Positions 44,648 through 55,150 of a stretch of DNA of 64,000 nt are shown here, in pieces. Both the position numbers and the translations under genes were made by a program. Numbering within the stretch: the first letter of the stretch is position 1; each line of letters starts with the position of its first letter. The notes below the pieces were generated by a model that saw only the letters and a program-made list of their open reading frames with translations, was not told the origin of the DNA and searched no databases. The stretch lies in contig CAWIXE010000001.1 of the NCBI GenBank assembly GCA_963840035.1, forward strand, positions 768,001 to 832,000, written 5' to 3'. The stretch comes from a candidate division FCPU426 bacterium. Lineage in GTDB: Bacteria; Oederibacteriota; PGYV01; Palsa-1178.

Positions 44648-47044
44648 ATGTTTTTCAGAAGGAATACAGGATGGGCAAAAATAAGGCGTTTTTTCAGCCT
44701 GGACGCGTGGATGGTAAAACTGCTGAATCTCTCAGTGATAAAGGAGCAGTCAGCGCAGCCCGGCGCCGTAGTAATACAGATAGACGGGTTAAGCCGGCTG
44801 GAATTTACACGCGCCATCAATAAAGGCGAGATGCCTCATTTGAAACTTCTTTTAAAAAGGGAGGGATATGTAGATTACACTCATTACAGCGGGCAACCTT
44901 CCAGCACCCCGGCGGTCCAGGGCGAACTTTTTTACGGCGTAAAAAGCAGCGTCCCGGCATTCAGCTTTAAGGATAAAAAAACGGGAAAGACATTCAATAT
45001 GTTCAATCCATCGCACGCTTCTAAAATTGAAAAAAATATAAGAAGTAAGGGAGCACCCCTGCTCAAAGGCGGCAGCGCATACGGGGACATATTCACCGGA
45101 GGGGCAAAGGAAGCGCATTTTTGCGTTTCCGCAATCGGGTGGGGAACGCTGCTTTCCGCCGCGAACCCGCTGGCAATAGCGGTCTTTACACTGATGCATA
45201 TCCACATATTATTAAGGGCGGCTATGCTGGCTGTGACGGAATTTTTCCTGGCCATGGTGGATTCAGTAAGGGGATTTATAGGCGGAAAAAACCTCCTGCA
45301 TGAGATCAAATACATCCCCTTCAGGGTAATCGCCTGCGTAATTATGAGGGAAGTAATAGGCATCGGCGCGAAAATTGACATCGCGCGCGGCATGCCGGTC
45401 ATACATCTTAACTTCGCGGGGTATGACGAGCAGGCGCATCATCGCGGGCCGAAGTCAATGTTCGCGCACTGGTCGCTGAGGGCCATCGACAGTGTAATAA
45501 GGATAGTCTGGAAAGCGGCCAAAAGGTCGCCGCACCGTGATTATGACGTTATAATATATTCCGACCACGGGCAGGAGGAGTCGGAGTATTACACCCATCT
45601 TTACGGAAGAAGCGTGCAGGAAGCCGTAAATGAAGTGCTTAAAACTGAAATATCGGCAGCCGCTCAGGGGCTGGAACCCGGCACGGAAACGTCGCACATG
45701 AGGGCGGAGCTGCTGCGCAATAAAACCATTAATAACGCGGCTGAAGAAATGAAGGCGGACATCAAGTCCTCAAAGTACGCGGTGATAACCGCGCTTGGCG
45801 CAGTCGGCCACATTTATACACCTGAAAAAACCTCAAAAAAACAGAAGGAACACATAGCGCTTTCACTTATTACGTACGCGAAAATACCCCTCGTGCTCGC
45901 GTATAAAGGGCGAGGAAAGGCATTCGCCTGGAACTCTGAGGGTAAATTCACTCTTCCAGCGGACGCGTCAGCCGTCCTGGGTCAGGACCATCCGTTCTTA
46001 AAGGAAACAGCGCGCGACCTTGCGGAATTATGCGGGCATAAGGACGCCGGGGATATTATTATCTGCGGCATAAGAAAGGCGGGTAAAACAATAACTTTTT
46101 ATAATGAACGCGGGAGCCACGGGGGCCCCGGAGCGCGTGAAACCGCCGGCTTTGCCATGTTCCCGGCCGATATTGAACTTCCCGCGGCAAAAACAATCAC
46201 TACAGGCGAAATACGCGAGGCGGTTTTCAGGTCGTTAAACCGCGGCAACGGCAGAAAGTCCCTGATTTCCAAAATAGAGGCGCCTTCCGACGGGCCGGTA
46301 AAACTGAAAATAATGAGTTATAACGTGCACGGCTGCAAAGGGACTGACGGAAAAATCAGCCCGGAGAGGATTGCGGAGGTTATTGCCGCGCATAATCCTG
46401 ACATAGTAGCGCTTCAGGAGGTGGACTTCCGCAACGGGATGAGGCAGGCAAAAACCATAGCCAGGATGTTATCCATGAATTTTTATTACAAATCCAGCGT
46501 AATGCTTCAAACAGGGTTCCATGGAAATGCCACCCTCAGCAGGTTTGACATGAAAATGATAAAGCGCGGGGCCCTGCCTAATATCTCCCGGACCGCTTTT
46601 TCTGAAAAACGAGGGGCTCTTTGGACTGAAGTGAACGCGCACGGCCGGATACTGCAGGTTTTTAACACGCACCTGAGTTATTTCCGGCCGGATGGAATGG
46701 CGCAGATAAAATACCTTTTAGGAAAGGACTGGCTCGGGAACAGTTCCATAAAAAGCCCGCTAATTTTTTGCGGAGATTTCAATTCCCGCCGTAATTCCCG
46801 CATTTATAAAGCCATTGAGGAAAAATTCAGCAGCATAAATCTGCACGCGAAAGCTTTGAAATATATGAAAAAGCACCCGGATTATCACGCAACCGGGCTT
46901 GAGGACCACATATTCCTGGGGGATGGCGTTAAAGCGCTCAACACTGCGGAGCCGGAGACAAGGCTGGATAAAACAGCGTCAGACCATCTTCCTTTAATAG
47001 CGGTGGTAAGGCTGGGTTCCAAAAAACAGGGTGATAAAGATTAA
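44648..47044 (+). CDS. Alkaline-phosphatase-like domain fused to an endonuclease/exonuclease/phosphatase (EEP) domain
   Basis: IQIDGLS, PSSTP, YDEQAHHRGP, SDHGQ; then MSYNVH, LQEVD, NTHL, GDFN, SDHLP. Confidence 0.85.
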   Translation: MFFRRNTGWAKIRRFFSLDAWMVKLLNLSVIKEQSAQPGAVVIQIDGLSRLEFTRAINKGEMPHLKLLLKREGYVDYTHYSGQPSSTPAVQGELFYGVKSSVPAFSFKDKKTGKTFNMFNPSHASKIEKNIRSKGAPLLKGGSAYGDIFTGGAKEAHFCVSAIGWGTLLSAANPLAIAVFTLMHIHILLRAAMLAVTEFFLAMVDSVRGFIGGKNLLHEIKYIPFRVIACVIMREVIGIGAKIDIARGMPVIHLNFAGYDEQAHHRGPKSMFAHWSLRAIDSVIRIVWKAAKRSPHRDYDVIIYSDHGQEESEYYTHLYGRSVQEAVNEVLKTEISAAAQGLEPGTETSHMRAELLRNKTINNAAEEMKADIKSSKYAVITALGAVGHIYTPEKTSKKQKEHIALSLITYAKIPLVLAYKGRGKAFAWNSEGKFTLPADASAVLGQDHPFLKETARDLAELCGHKDAGDIIICGIRKAGKTITFYNERGSHGGPGARETAGFAMFPADIELPAAKTITTGEIREAVFRSLNRGNGRKSLISKIEAPSDGPVKLKIMSYNVHGCKGTDGKISPERIAEVIAAHNPDIVALQEVDFRNGMRQAKTIARMLSMNFYYKSSVMLQTGFHGNATLSRFDMKMIKRGALPNISRTAFSEKRGALWTEVNAHGRILQVFNTHLSYFRPDGMAQIKYLLGKDWLGNSSIKSPLIFCGDFNSRRNSRIYKAIEEKFSSINLHAKALKYMKKHPDYHATGLEDHIFLGDGVKALNTAEPETRLDKTASDHLPLIAVVRLGSKKQGDKD

Positions 47045-47071
47045 TAATATGTTGTATTCAGGAGGAAAATC

Positions 47072-47650
47072 ATGACGGATACCGGGAAGATGGAAAAAGC
47101 CAGGAGGGACTTATTAATAACATGCCTTGACAGCAAGGATGGCGCAGTCAGGGAAGCGGCAAGAAATGAGATTGTGACGCTCGGCAGGGATACAATACCT
47201 CAGCTTGCTGAAGTGCTGAGGGATTCCAAATCGGAGCAGGCGCGGTGGGAAGCGGCAAAGGCGTTCGGCACCATGGATAACACGGCAGTGATTCTGCCTC
47301 TGGTGGAGGCGCTGGAGGACGGTTTTTCAGACGTCGCGTGGCTGGCTGCCAGCGGGCTTAAAAAATATGGAAGAAAGGCATGGGGGCCGATTCTAAGAAG
47401 GCTGATGCGTAAAGGGACAGCCTCTTTTTCTTTAAGGCAGGGGGCACACCATGTTTTTATGGACCAGAAAGAGGAAGGGCTTAACGGGCTGCTTTCAGAC
47501 CTGACGAAAACACTGGAAATCGGCACTGCGCCTGAGCTGATGATACCGGCAGCGCTTGAATTGTTAAAAGGGATGAAGAAAAATATGCCGGCATCGACAG
47601 ACCAGCCGGCGACGGATACAAATACAAAACAAGGAGAACAGTCATGTTAA
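47072..47650 (+). CDS. HEAT-repeat protein
   Basis: VREAA..IPQL..ARWEAAKAFG..LVEALED..VAWLAA. Confidence 0.8.
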   Translation: MTDTGKMEKARRDLLITCLDSKDGAVREAARNEIVTLGRDTIPQLAEVLRDSKSEQARWEAAKAFGTMDNTAVILPLVEALEDGFSDVAWLAASGLKKYGRKAWGPILRRLMRKGTASFSLRQGAHHVFMDQKEEGLNGLLSDLTKTLEIGTAPELMIPAALELLKGMKKNMPASTDQPATDTNTKQGEQSC

Positions 47651-48414
47651 ACAGCGCGAAGACACTGAAAGGTTACAGACTTAAAAGCATTGACGGCGAA
47701 ATAGGGGAAGTTAAAGAGTTTTATTTTGATGACAGGTACTGGGCTGTGCGTTATCTGGTCGCTGACGCGGGAAACTGGCTCACAAACAGGCAGGTGCTGA
47801 TCTCCCCTTACGCGCTTAAGGAAGTAATAAGGGAAGATAAAGATATAGCGGTAAACCTGACGAAAAAGCAGATTGAAGGCAGCCCGTTACTCGACAGCGA
47901 TAAGCCGGTTTCCAAACAGTTTGAGGAGACCTATTTTAAGTACTATGGCTGGCCCGCTTACTGGGGAGGCCCTTTTATGTGGGGGCATTACTCAAACATA
48001 CTTCGTAATCCTGAGGGCAGGAAAAAAGACGGGAAGGAAGCAAAGGCATGGGACCCGCACCTTCGCAGCACTCAATACATAACCGGCTACAAGGTCCAGG
48101 CAGGAGACGGGGAGATCGGGCATGTGGAGGATTTCATTATTGACGACGTGACCTGGGCAATACGTTATCTGGTAATAAATACCGGAGAATGGATGTCCGG
48201 GAAAAAAGTGCTTATATCCCCGAGGTGGATAGACCGGGTCAGCTTTGATGAGTCAAAAGTATTTACCGGGCTTTCCAGGGATGACATTAAGAACTCACCT
48301 GAATACACTGAAGCGTCCATGCCGAACAGGGATTATGAGGAGAGGCTTCACCTGCACTATAAGCGCCAGGGTTACTGGGACGATGTGCCTGAATCAGACG
48401 TGCATGAAGGCTGA
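47644..48414 (+). CDS. Double PRC-barrel domain protein
   Basis: Two DGEIG.V.(E/D)F..DD..WA(V/I)RYLV units; DPHLRS. Confidence 0.88.
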   Translation: MLNSAKTLKGYRLKSIDGEIGEVKEFYFDDRYWAVRYLVADAGNWLTNRQVLISPYALKEVIREDKDIAVNLTKKQIEGSPLLDSDKPVSKQFEETYFKYYGWPAYWGGPFMWGHYSNILRNPEGRKKDGKEAKAWDPHLRSTQYITGYKVQAGDGEIGHVEDFIIDDVTWAIRYLVINTGEWMSGKKVLISPRWIDRVSFDESKVFTGLSRDDIKNSPEYTEASMPNRDYEERLHLHYKRQGYWDDVPESDVHEG

Positions 48415-48461
48415 AAGCACCGGGTTCAATATAACCCGGAGGTAATTACAATTTATGAGAG

Positions 48462-49265
48462 GTGTATAAAATGGCGCTTTTTATGGCTTTATGGATGACG
48501 ATTTTTCCGGCAGCCCACCCGGCAATGCCCGGAGAAGGGGAACAATTAAAAGCTGAGATTCAGGGAGACAGGTTCTATGCCATGAGCAATTCCATTACAG
48601 GCCGGGAGAAAGCCGCGCATAACATTAAAACCGCCATTGACTCTTACGAGAAAGCACTGGGAAGCGGGGCCATAAAAAAGGCTGTCCTGGTAAAATACGT
48701 CAGGGCCTGTGATTTTAAATACAGGTACTTAACGGAGACCACCGCGGAAAAGAAAAAAGCGTATGAAGCCATGATAAAAAGGTTTGAACCGCTTGGCGTC
48801 AGATTAAAAGGGACAAAAGAGTACAATTATGCTATGGCCCTGCTCTGGGGGAGGCGCGGCGAAATTACCCAGGATGTTATGGATAACGCCAACAAGGACA
48901 TTGCAGAAAAGATAAAAAAATACGCCGAAGCCCTGTATGGCATGGATAAGGCCTATGAAGGGTATTTTGCCTGTAAAATCCTGGGAAGGATACACTACAT
49001 AGCGCCAAACATACCATTTGTACTGGGGTGGCCGGATAAGGGAAAGTCAAAAGCATACCTTGAGGAAGTCATGAAAGGCAATCCGGAAAACAGCGAGGCA
49101 AAAATGTTCTTAGCCGATACTTTATGGGCGCTGGGCGAGAAGAAAAAGGCGAAAAGACTTTATAGGGAAGTGTCACGGGCTGAGCCCGGGAAGGGCAGCT
49201 GGTTTTATGATTCCAGGGCCATTAAGCTGTGCAATATCAGGATGAAAAAACTGGCAATCCTTTAG
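48462..49265 (+). CDS. Exported TPR-like protein
   Basis: Signal peptide-like N-terminus, helical repeats, C-terminal TPR-like FLADTLWALGEKKKA. Confidence 0.6.
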   Translation: MYKMALFMALWMTIFPAAHPAMPGEGEQLKAEIQGDRFYAMSNSITGREKAAHNIKTAIDSYEKALGSGAIKKAVLVKYVRACDFKYRYLTETTAEKKKAYEAMIKRFEPLGVRLKGTKEYNYAMALLWGRRGEITQDVMDNANKDIAEKIKKYAEALYGMDKAYEGYFACKILGRIHYIAPNIPFVLGWPDKGKSKAYLEEVMKGNPENSEAKMFLADTLWALGEKKKAKRLYREVSRAEPGKGSWFYDSRAIKLCNIRMKKLAIL

Positions 49266-49649
49266 GGCGCCAATTAAAAAGCACGCGGGCCGGCGGGCAG
49301 TATCTCCCTCCCGAGAAACCCCCCGATATCACCGCCGGCCTGTACTTTAAAAAACCTCCGCTGATAAAAGTCAATGGAAAGCAGAATGGCGGCATATCTA
49401 AAAAGCTGCCGCGGGGTTACTATCTGTATGTACGGGAAATATATGAAAGCGGTTCAGGGAGGTTACAGATGGATGCAAACAGGACTTTGAAAAAAACGCG
49501 AATATTATTTGAGACAGGCAGCAGAAAAAGAGGCCGGTTTTTTGGCCGCTGGGCGCTGCCTCTCTTTTTAAACCTGACATTATCAAGGCGCCAGCCGGAA
49601 CAGGTTTCCGGGGCAAAAGCGGTAAATGGAAAAGGATGGTTGATTCTTC

Positions 49650-52600
49650 ATGAAAAATAGAGGCAGGGGACTGGCGTTATTAACCGGATCAGGATTGTTT
49701 TTTGTGGCCGTACTTATTGCTGCCATGTCATTTTGGGCATTCAGCCAGACAGAGGAAGCGTCTTTAAACAGGGAACAGACCACAACCGTAATCAACAGCG
49801 CGTCCGAGCTGCTTTCCGAGATAAAGGACGCGGAGACGGCCATGCGCGGATACGCGCTTACCGGGGATGCAACGTTTTTATTGCCATACAACAGGGTTAA
49901 GGATACGATAGGCGCGCACGTTGAGGTGCTTCTTAAATATAAGGTAATACCGGGAGCAAAAAAACACCTGGAATCGCTTGCGCCGCTGGTTGCTGAAAAA
50001 ATGGAAGAAACAGCGCGGATTGTATCGCTTAAGCAGAACAATCAATCCGCAGAAGCATCATCAGCCATAGCCGCCGGTAAAGGCAGGCGCCTGATGGATT
50101 CCATACGCTACGAAATTAACAGCTTTATCGGAACGGAAAAAGGGTTTTTGGAAAGTTTTGAATCGGAATTCAGGACAAACATGCGCAGGCTTTTCGCGGT
50201 TTCGGCGGCCGCCAGCGCCTTTATGCTTTTTTTCGCGCTGTCATTTGCCTATATGGTATATAAGGAATCGCGCAACCAGCTTGATATCCTTATCCAGGCT
50301 GAAACTCAGCGCCTGCTTTCCGAACAGGAAGTCCTGAATACCAAATTACAGCAGGTCAATTCCATACTGCAGGTCAGCGAGGAAAAGTTCGCTGTAACGC
50401 TTAACTCCATCGGCGACGCGGTGCTTGCCACTGATGACGCGGGGTGCGTTACGTTATTAAACCCCCATGCTGAAAAACTCACGGGGTGGAAGCATGCAGA
50501 GGCTTTCGGACGACCGGTGGAGCAGGTTTTTATCATCATTAATCAGGAAACACGGCTGCCTTCCGTAATACCGGTCAAGCAGACGCTGGAGCACGGCACG
50601 GTCCACGGGCTGGCAAATCACACCATATTGATTTCGAAGGACGGCAGCGAATATGTAATTGCCGACTCCTGCGCGCCGATACGCAACCGCGACGGCAAAG
50701 TGGTCGGGGCGGTGCTGGTATTCCGCGATGTGACAGAGCGTTCAGTCATAGAAATGGGGATTGAGAAGACCAGGATACAGCTTGATATTATAAAAAAATC
50801 CGAAGACGAAGCAAGGGAATATTCCGAGAGCATAATCAACACTATCCGTGAACCGCTTATCGCGCTGGACCAGGATTTAAGGGTGGTTTCGGTCAGCCGT
50901 TCGTTCTATGAGGTTTTCAAGGTAAAAGCCGAGGAAACCGTGGGGCAGCTGATTTATGACCTGGGAAACAAGCAGTGGAACATACCGAAACTCAGGGAAC
51001 TGCTTGAAAATATCCTGCCGCAAAAGGCTACATTTGACAACTATGAGGTCGAGCATGATTTCGCGACCATAGGCAGGCGCATCATGCTTTTAAACGCCAG
51101 GCAGATAAAGAGGGTCCTGGGAAAAGAGCGCGTCATACTTCTTGCCATAGAGGACATAACCGAGAGAAGGGAAATAGAGAACGGCCTGGAAAAAGCGCGC
51201 AAGGAACTGGAAGCAACAAAGATATCTGAAGACGCAGCGCGCGAATACTCCGAGAGCATAATAAACACGATACGCGAGCCGCTCATCGCTCTGGACCAGG
51301 ACTTAAGGGTGGTTTCGGCAAGCAGGGCTTTTTATGAAGTGTTTAAGGTAAAACCCGCTCAGACACTCGGGCAGCTTATTTATGACCTGGGCAATAAGCA
51401 GTGGGACATACCGAAACTGCGTGAACTTCTTGAAAACATCCTCCCTCAAAAAGCGACTTTTGATAATTATGAAGTCGAGCATGATTTTACCACGATAGGA
51501 CGACGCATAATGCTTTTAAATGCCAGGCAAATTGAGCGGTTGATGGGCAAGGAACGAATCATACTGCTTTCAATAGAGGACATAACGATCCGCAGGGAGT
51601 TCGAGAACGGCCTTGAAAAGGCCCGTAAGGAACTGGAAGCCACCAAGATATCTGAAGACGCAGCGCGTGAATACTCCGAGAGTATAATAAACACGATCCG
51701 TGAGCCGCTTATCGCGCTGGACCAGGACTTAAGGGTGGTTTCGGCAAGCAGGGCTTTTTATGAAGTGTTTAAGGTAAAACCCGCTCAGACACTCGGGCAG
51801 CTTATTTATGACCTGGGCAATAAGCAGTGGGACATACCGAAACTGCGTGAACTTCTTGAAAATATCCTCCCTCAAAAAGCGACTTTTGATAATTATGAAG
51901 TCGAACATGATTTTGCGGACATAGGAAGGCGCATAATGCTTTTAAACGCCCGGCAGATACAGAGGGTGCTTGGCAAGGAACGCATCATACTTCTATCCAT
52001 CGAGGATATTACCGTCCGAAGGGAGATAGAGAACGGCCTGGAAAAAGCGCGCAAAGAACTGGCATCGACCAAGATATCCGAAGATGAGGCCAGAGAGTAC
52101 GCGGAGTCCATGATAAATACGGTGCGCGAGCCGCTTATCGTGCTTGACCAGGACTTAAGGGTGGTTTCGGTCAGCCGTTCATTTTATGAGGTTTTTAAAG
52201 TTAAGGTCGCGGATACCGTGGGACAGCTCATTTACGACCTCGGAAACAAGCAGTGGAATATCCCGAAACTCCGGGAACTCCTGGAGACTATTCTTCCCCA
52301 AAAAGCCACTTTTGACAACTATGAGGTGGAACATGATTTCGCCACCATAGGAAGGCGCATAATGCTTTTAAACGCCCGGCAGATACAAAGGGTGCTTGGC
52401 AAGGAGCGCATCATACTTCTTGCCATAGAGGATATAACCGAAAGAAGGGAAATAGAGAACGGGCTGGAAAAAGCGCGCAAAGAGCTCAAGACCCTGGCAA
52501 CCGAACTGGAACGCACGGCAAAGGTAAAATCGGAATTCCTGGCGAACATGTCGCACGAACTGCGGACACCGCTTAACTCCATAAACGGTTTTTCAGAGGT

Positions 52601-53222
52601 GCTTTACGACGAGACATTCGGGCAGCTCAATGAAAAACAGAAAAAATATGTAAACAATGTATTGACCAGCGGCAAGCACCTGCTTTTGCTGATAAACCAG
52701 ATTCTTGACATGGCAAAAGTTGAGGCCGGGAAGATGAAAGCCGAGCTTATCACGCTGCCGATGAAAAACCTCCTAAATGAGATATCACTGCTGGTGGCAG
52801 ACCTGGCCGGCAAGAAAAAAATACAAATCCAGCTGGATATAGCGGAAGACCTGCCGGATATAGAGGCCGATGAACTGAAGGTAAAGGAGATTATATATAA
52901 CCTGCTTTCAAACGCCGTAAAATTCACCCCTGAAGGCGGAAACATAGGTATGAGGGCAAAGAAAAAAGGGAAAAATATAGAGGTCACGGTATGGGATACC
53001 GGGGTGGGCATCGCACCTGAAAATATGGAAAAGATATTTGAGGGGTTTTTCCGGGTTGACACACCATTTTCACGCGTGACAGAAGGCACGGGTCTCGGGC
53101 TTCCGCTTTCAAAAAAAATGGTGGAACTGCACGGCGGAACCCTTTCAGTGGAATCAAAGGGGCTTGGACGGGGAACTTCGGTTATATTCACCCTTCCCAT
53201 ATCGCCGGAGGGGAAGGCATAG
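49650..53222 (+). CDS. CHASE3-PAS-(PAS)x4 sensor histidine kinase
   Basis: DAETAMRGYALTGD (CHASE3); four 142-aa repeats; FLANMSHELRTPL, NLLSNAVKFT, GTGLGL. Confidence 0.93.
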   Translation: MKNRGRGLALLTGSGLFFVAVLIAAMSFWAFSQTEEASLNREQTTTVINSASELLSEIKDAETAMRGYALTGDATFLLPYNRVKDTIGAHVEVLLKYKVIPGAKKHLESLAPLVAEKMEETARIVSLKQNNQSAEASSAIAAGKGRRLMDSIRYEINSFIGTEKGFLESFESEFRTNMRRLFAVSAAASAFMLFFALSFAYMVYKESRNQLDILIQAETQRLLSEQEVLNTKLQQVNSILQVSEEKFAVTLNSIGDAVLATDDAGCVTLLNPHAEKLTGWKHAEAFGRPVEQVFIIINQETRLPSVIPVKQTLEHGTVHGLANHTILISKDGSEYVIADSCAPIRNRDGKVVGAVLVFRDVTERSVIEMGIEKTRIQLDIIKKSEDEAREYSESIINTIREPLIALDQDLRVVSVSRSFYEVFKVKAEETVGQLIYDLGNKQWNIPKLRELLENILPQKATFDNYEVEHDFATIGRRIMLLNARQIKRVLGKERVILLAIEDITERREIENGLEKARKELEATKISEDAAREYSESIINTIREPLIALDQDLRVVSASRAFYEVFKVKPAQTLGQLIYDLGNKQWDIPKLRELLENILPQKATFDNYEVEHDFTTIGRRIMLLNARQIERLMGKERIILLSIEDITIRREFENGLEKARKELEATKISEDAAREYSESIINTIREPLIALDQDLRVVSASRAFYEVFKVKPAQTLGQLIYDLGNKQWDIPKLRELLENILPQKATFDNYEVEHDFADIGRRIMLLNARQIQRVLGKERIILLSIEDITVRREIENGLEKARKELASTKISEDEAREYAESMINTVREPLIVLDQDLRVVSVSRSFYEVFKVKVADTVGQLIYDLGNKQWNIPKLRELLETILPQKATFDNYEVEHDFATIGRRIMLLNARQIQRVLGKERIILLAIEDITERREIENGLEKARKELKTLATELERTAKVKSEFLANMSHELRTPLNSINGFSEVLYDETFGQLNEKQKKYVNNVLTSGKHLLLLINQILDMAKVEAGKMKAELITLPMKNLLNEISLLVADLAGKKKIQIQLDIAEDLPDIEADELKVKEIIYNLLSNAVKFTPEGGNIGMRAKKKGKNIEVTVWDTGVGIAPENMEKIFEGFFRVDTPFSRVTEGTGLGLPLSKKMVELHGGTLSVESKGLGRGTSVIFTLPISPEGKA
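50799..52502 (+). repeat. 4 x 426-bp coding tandem repeat (PAS plus linker)
   Basis: Units start at 50799, 51225, 51651 and 52077. Confidence 0.95.
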
Positions 53223-53223
53223 G

Positions 53224-53613
53224 ATGAAAAACAAAATACTTGTTGTTGACGATAACGCGAACAACCTGCTGCTGGAAAAGGACCTCCTGGAAATAGCGGG
53301 TTTTGAGGTCTTTGCCGCGGAGGACGCCACGACCGGCATAAATATCGCAAAAAAACACATACCTGACGTGATAGTCATGGACGTAAGGCTGCCTGACATG
53401 AGGGGCACGGACGCGGCAATGATACTGCGCAAACACGAGAAAACCAGGGACATCCCCATAGTTTTTGTCACCGCGTCGGTCATGGCTGAAGGGCTTGAAG
53501 AAGTAAGGTCCATAATAAATTCCGGTTTTATAGGAAAACCCATCAATACTCGCACATTTGCCGCGGAAATATCCGGATTTATCAGGAAGGCCGGAGGGGA
53601 GAAATATAAATGA
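53224..53613 (+). CDS. Single-domain response regulator (DivK-like)
   Basis: VDDN, VMDVRLP, KPI. Confidence 0.9.
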   Translation: MKNKILVVDDNANNLLLEKDLLEIAGFEVFAAEDATTGINIAKKHIPDVIVMDVRLPDMRGTDAAMILRKHEKTRDIPIVFVTASVMAEGLEEVRSIINSGFIGKPINTRTFAAEISGFIRKAGGEKYK

Positions 53614-55136
53614 ACGATTTTATAAAAGAATATACGGTAAGCGGGGCAAAGTTCAGGATACTTTGCGTGGACGACGAGCCCCTGAACGTGGAACTGCTCG
53701 AGGCTATACTTGTCCCGGTAGGATATGAAGTCATAAAGGCAAGCAGCGGCAATGAGGCGCTCGGGATACTTAAACAGGCTGAAGTGGATATGGTGCTGCT
53801 GGATGTGATGATGCCGGGTTTGAACGGCTACGAGGTATGCCGCCTGATAAAGGCATCGCCTGAAACATCGCGGGTACCGGTTATCATGATAACAGCCCTG
53901 TCCTCAAAAGAAGACCGCATAACATCCATAGAGGCCGGGGCTGAAGATTTTATAACCAAACCTTTCGAAAAAACAGAAGTGCTTACACGTGTCGGAAAGC
54001 TGCTTGAAATTTATGAAAAAAATTCAAAAATAGTATCTTTGTTCAGAGTACTCTCCGGACTGGCCGACAGGGGTAACAGGTCGGCTGAATCCATGAACAA
54101 GAGCCCCTTTAATTTTTATTACGAAGTGGACTCCATGATACGGGGTATCACTTCAAGCCGCGGAAGCGGGCCCTCAGGGATGATCCTGGGGACGAACGAG
54201 ACCGGGTGGATACATTATGAAATGGCGGGAGCAGACAGCCCGCGGCCGGGAAAGGCTTTTCCTGAAGGGAGCCTGTCGTCCCTGCTCGAAGGACAGGCAA
54301 GGATATTTTATTCCGGTGAAGGAGAAGCTAAAACCGGCGAGGCGCGCGAAATAGGGGCAGAACTATTAAAGCAGGGAACGCACGCCGGAAATTTTATATG
54401 CCGCGCCGGCGGAGGCATATGCCTGATATCTTACGGCCACAGAAAAGGGGTCAGCAGCCAGGATTCGGTGGTTTTAAAAGCCATAGCCATGCAGATAATG
54501 TTCCTGCGTTCCGTCGCGGTCCAGATAAAGGAGACCGAAAAAGCGTACGATTACCTGGTGCTCACGCTGGCCCGCGCGGCCGAGGCAAATGACGAGGATA
54601 CGGGGATGCATATCTTAAGGGTGGGCGAATATGCCGCTATGCTCGCGGAAAAAATGGGGCTTGACAGGGAATTTGTGGAAAAAATAAGGATGCAGGCCCA
54701 GATGCACGATGTGGGTAAAATACACATATTTTCCGAGATTTTAAGGAAACCAACGGCGTTAACTGCAGAAGAATTTGAAGTTATGAAACTTCATACTGTT
54801 TTCGGGGCAAAAATAATAGGAAAACAGGAGAGGCTTGCAATCGGAAACAGGATTGCCGCGTCACACCATGAAAAGTGGGACGGCAGCGGTTATCCCGAAG
54901 GTCTGGAAGGCGAGGAAATACCGCTTGAAGCGCGCATCACAACAATAGCAGACCAGTATGACGCTTTAAGGAACGTAAGGGCATATAAACCGGCGTTAAC
55001 GCACAAGCAGGCGTATGAAATAATAGTCATAGGCGACGGAAGGACGCATCCGGGCCATTTTGACCCGGCAGTGCTGTCGGTATTCATAAAATACGCGGCG
55101 GATTTTGAAAAAATCTATGAAAAATTAAACGGATAA
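53610..55136 (+). CDS. REC-HD-GYP cyclic dinucleotide phosphodiesterase
   Basis: REC LLDVMMP; HDVGK, HHEKWDGSGYP, ADQYDAL. Confidence 0.92.
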   Translation: MNDFIKEYTVSGAKFRILCVDDEPLNVELLEAILVPVGYEVIKASSGNEALGILKQAEVDMVLLDVMMPGLNGYEVCRLIKASPETSRVPVIMITALSSKEDRITSIEAGAEDFITKPFEKTEVLTRVGKLLEIYEKNSKIVSLFRVLSGLADRGNRSAESMNKSPFNFYYEVDSMIRGITSSRGSGPSGMILGTNETGWIHYEMAGADSPRPGKAFPEGSLSSLLEGQARIFYSGEGEAKTGEAREIGAELLKQGTHAGNFICRAGGGICLISYGHRKGVSSQDSVVLKAIAMQIMFLRSVAVQIKETEKAYDYLVLTLARAAEANDEDTGMHILRVGEYAAMLAEKMGLDREFVEKIRMQAQMHDVGKIHIFSEILRKPTALTAEEFEVMKLHTVFGAKIIGKQERLAIGNRIAASHHEKWDGSGYPEGLEGEEIPLEARITTIADQYDALRNVRAYKPALTHKQAYEIIVIGDGRTHPGHFDPAVLSVFIKYAADFEKIYEKLNG

Positions 55137-55150
55137 GGGGTAATACAATC

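Noticed and set aside
49229..49660. 143-aa + strand ORF
   Set aside because: It overlaps both neighbours, has no RBS or motif and crosses a hairpin; probably an intergenic regulatory region.
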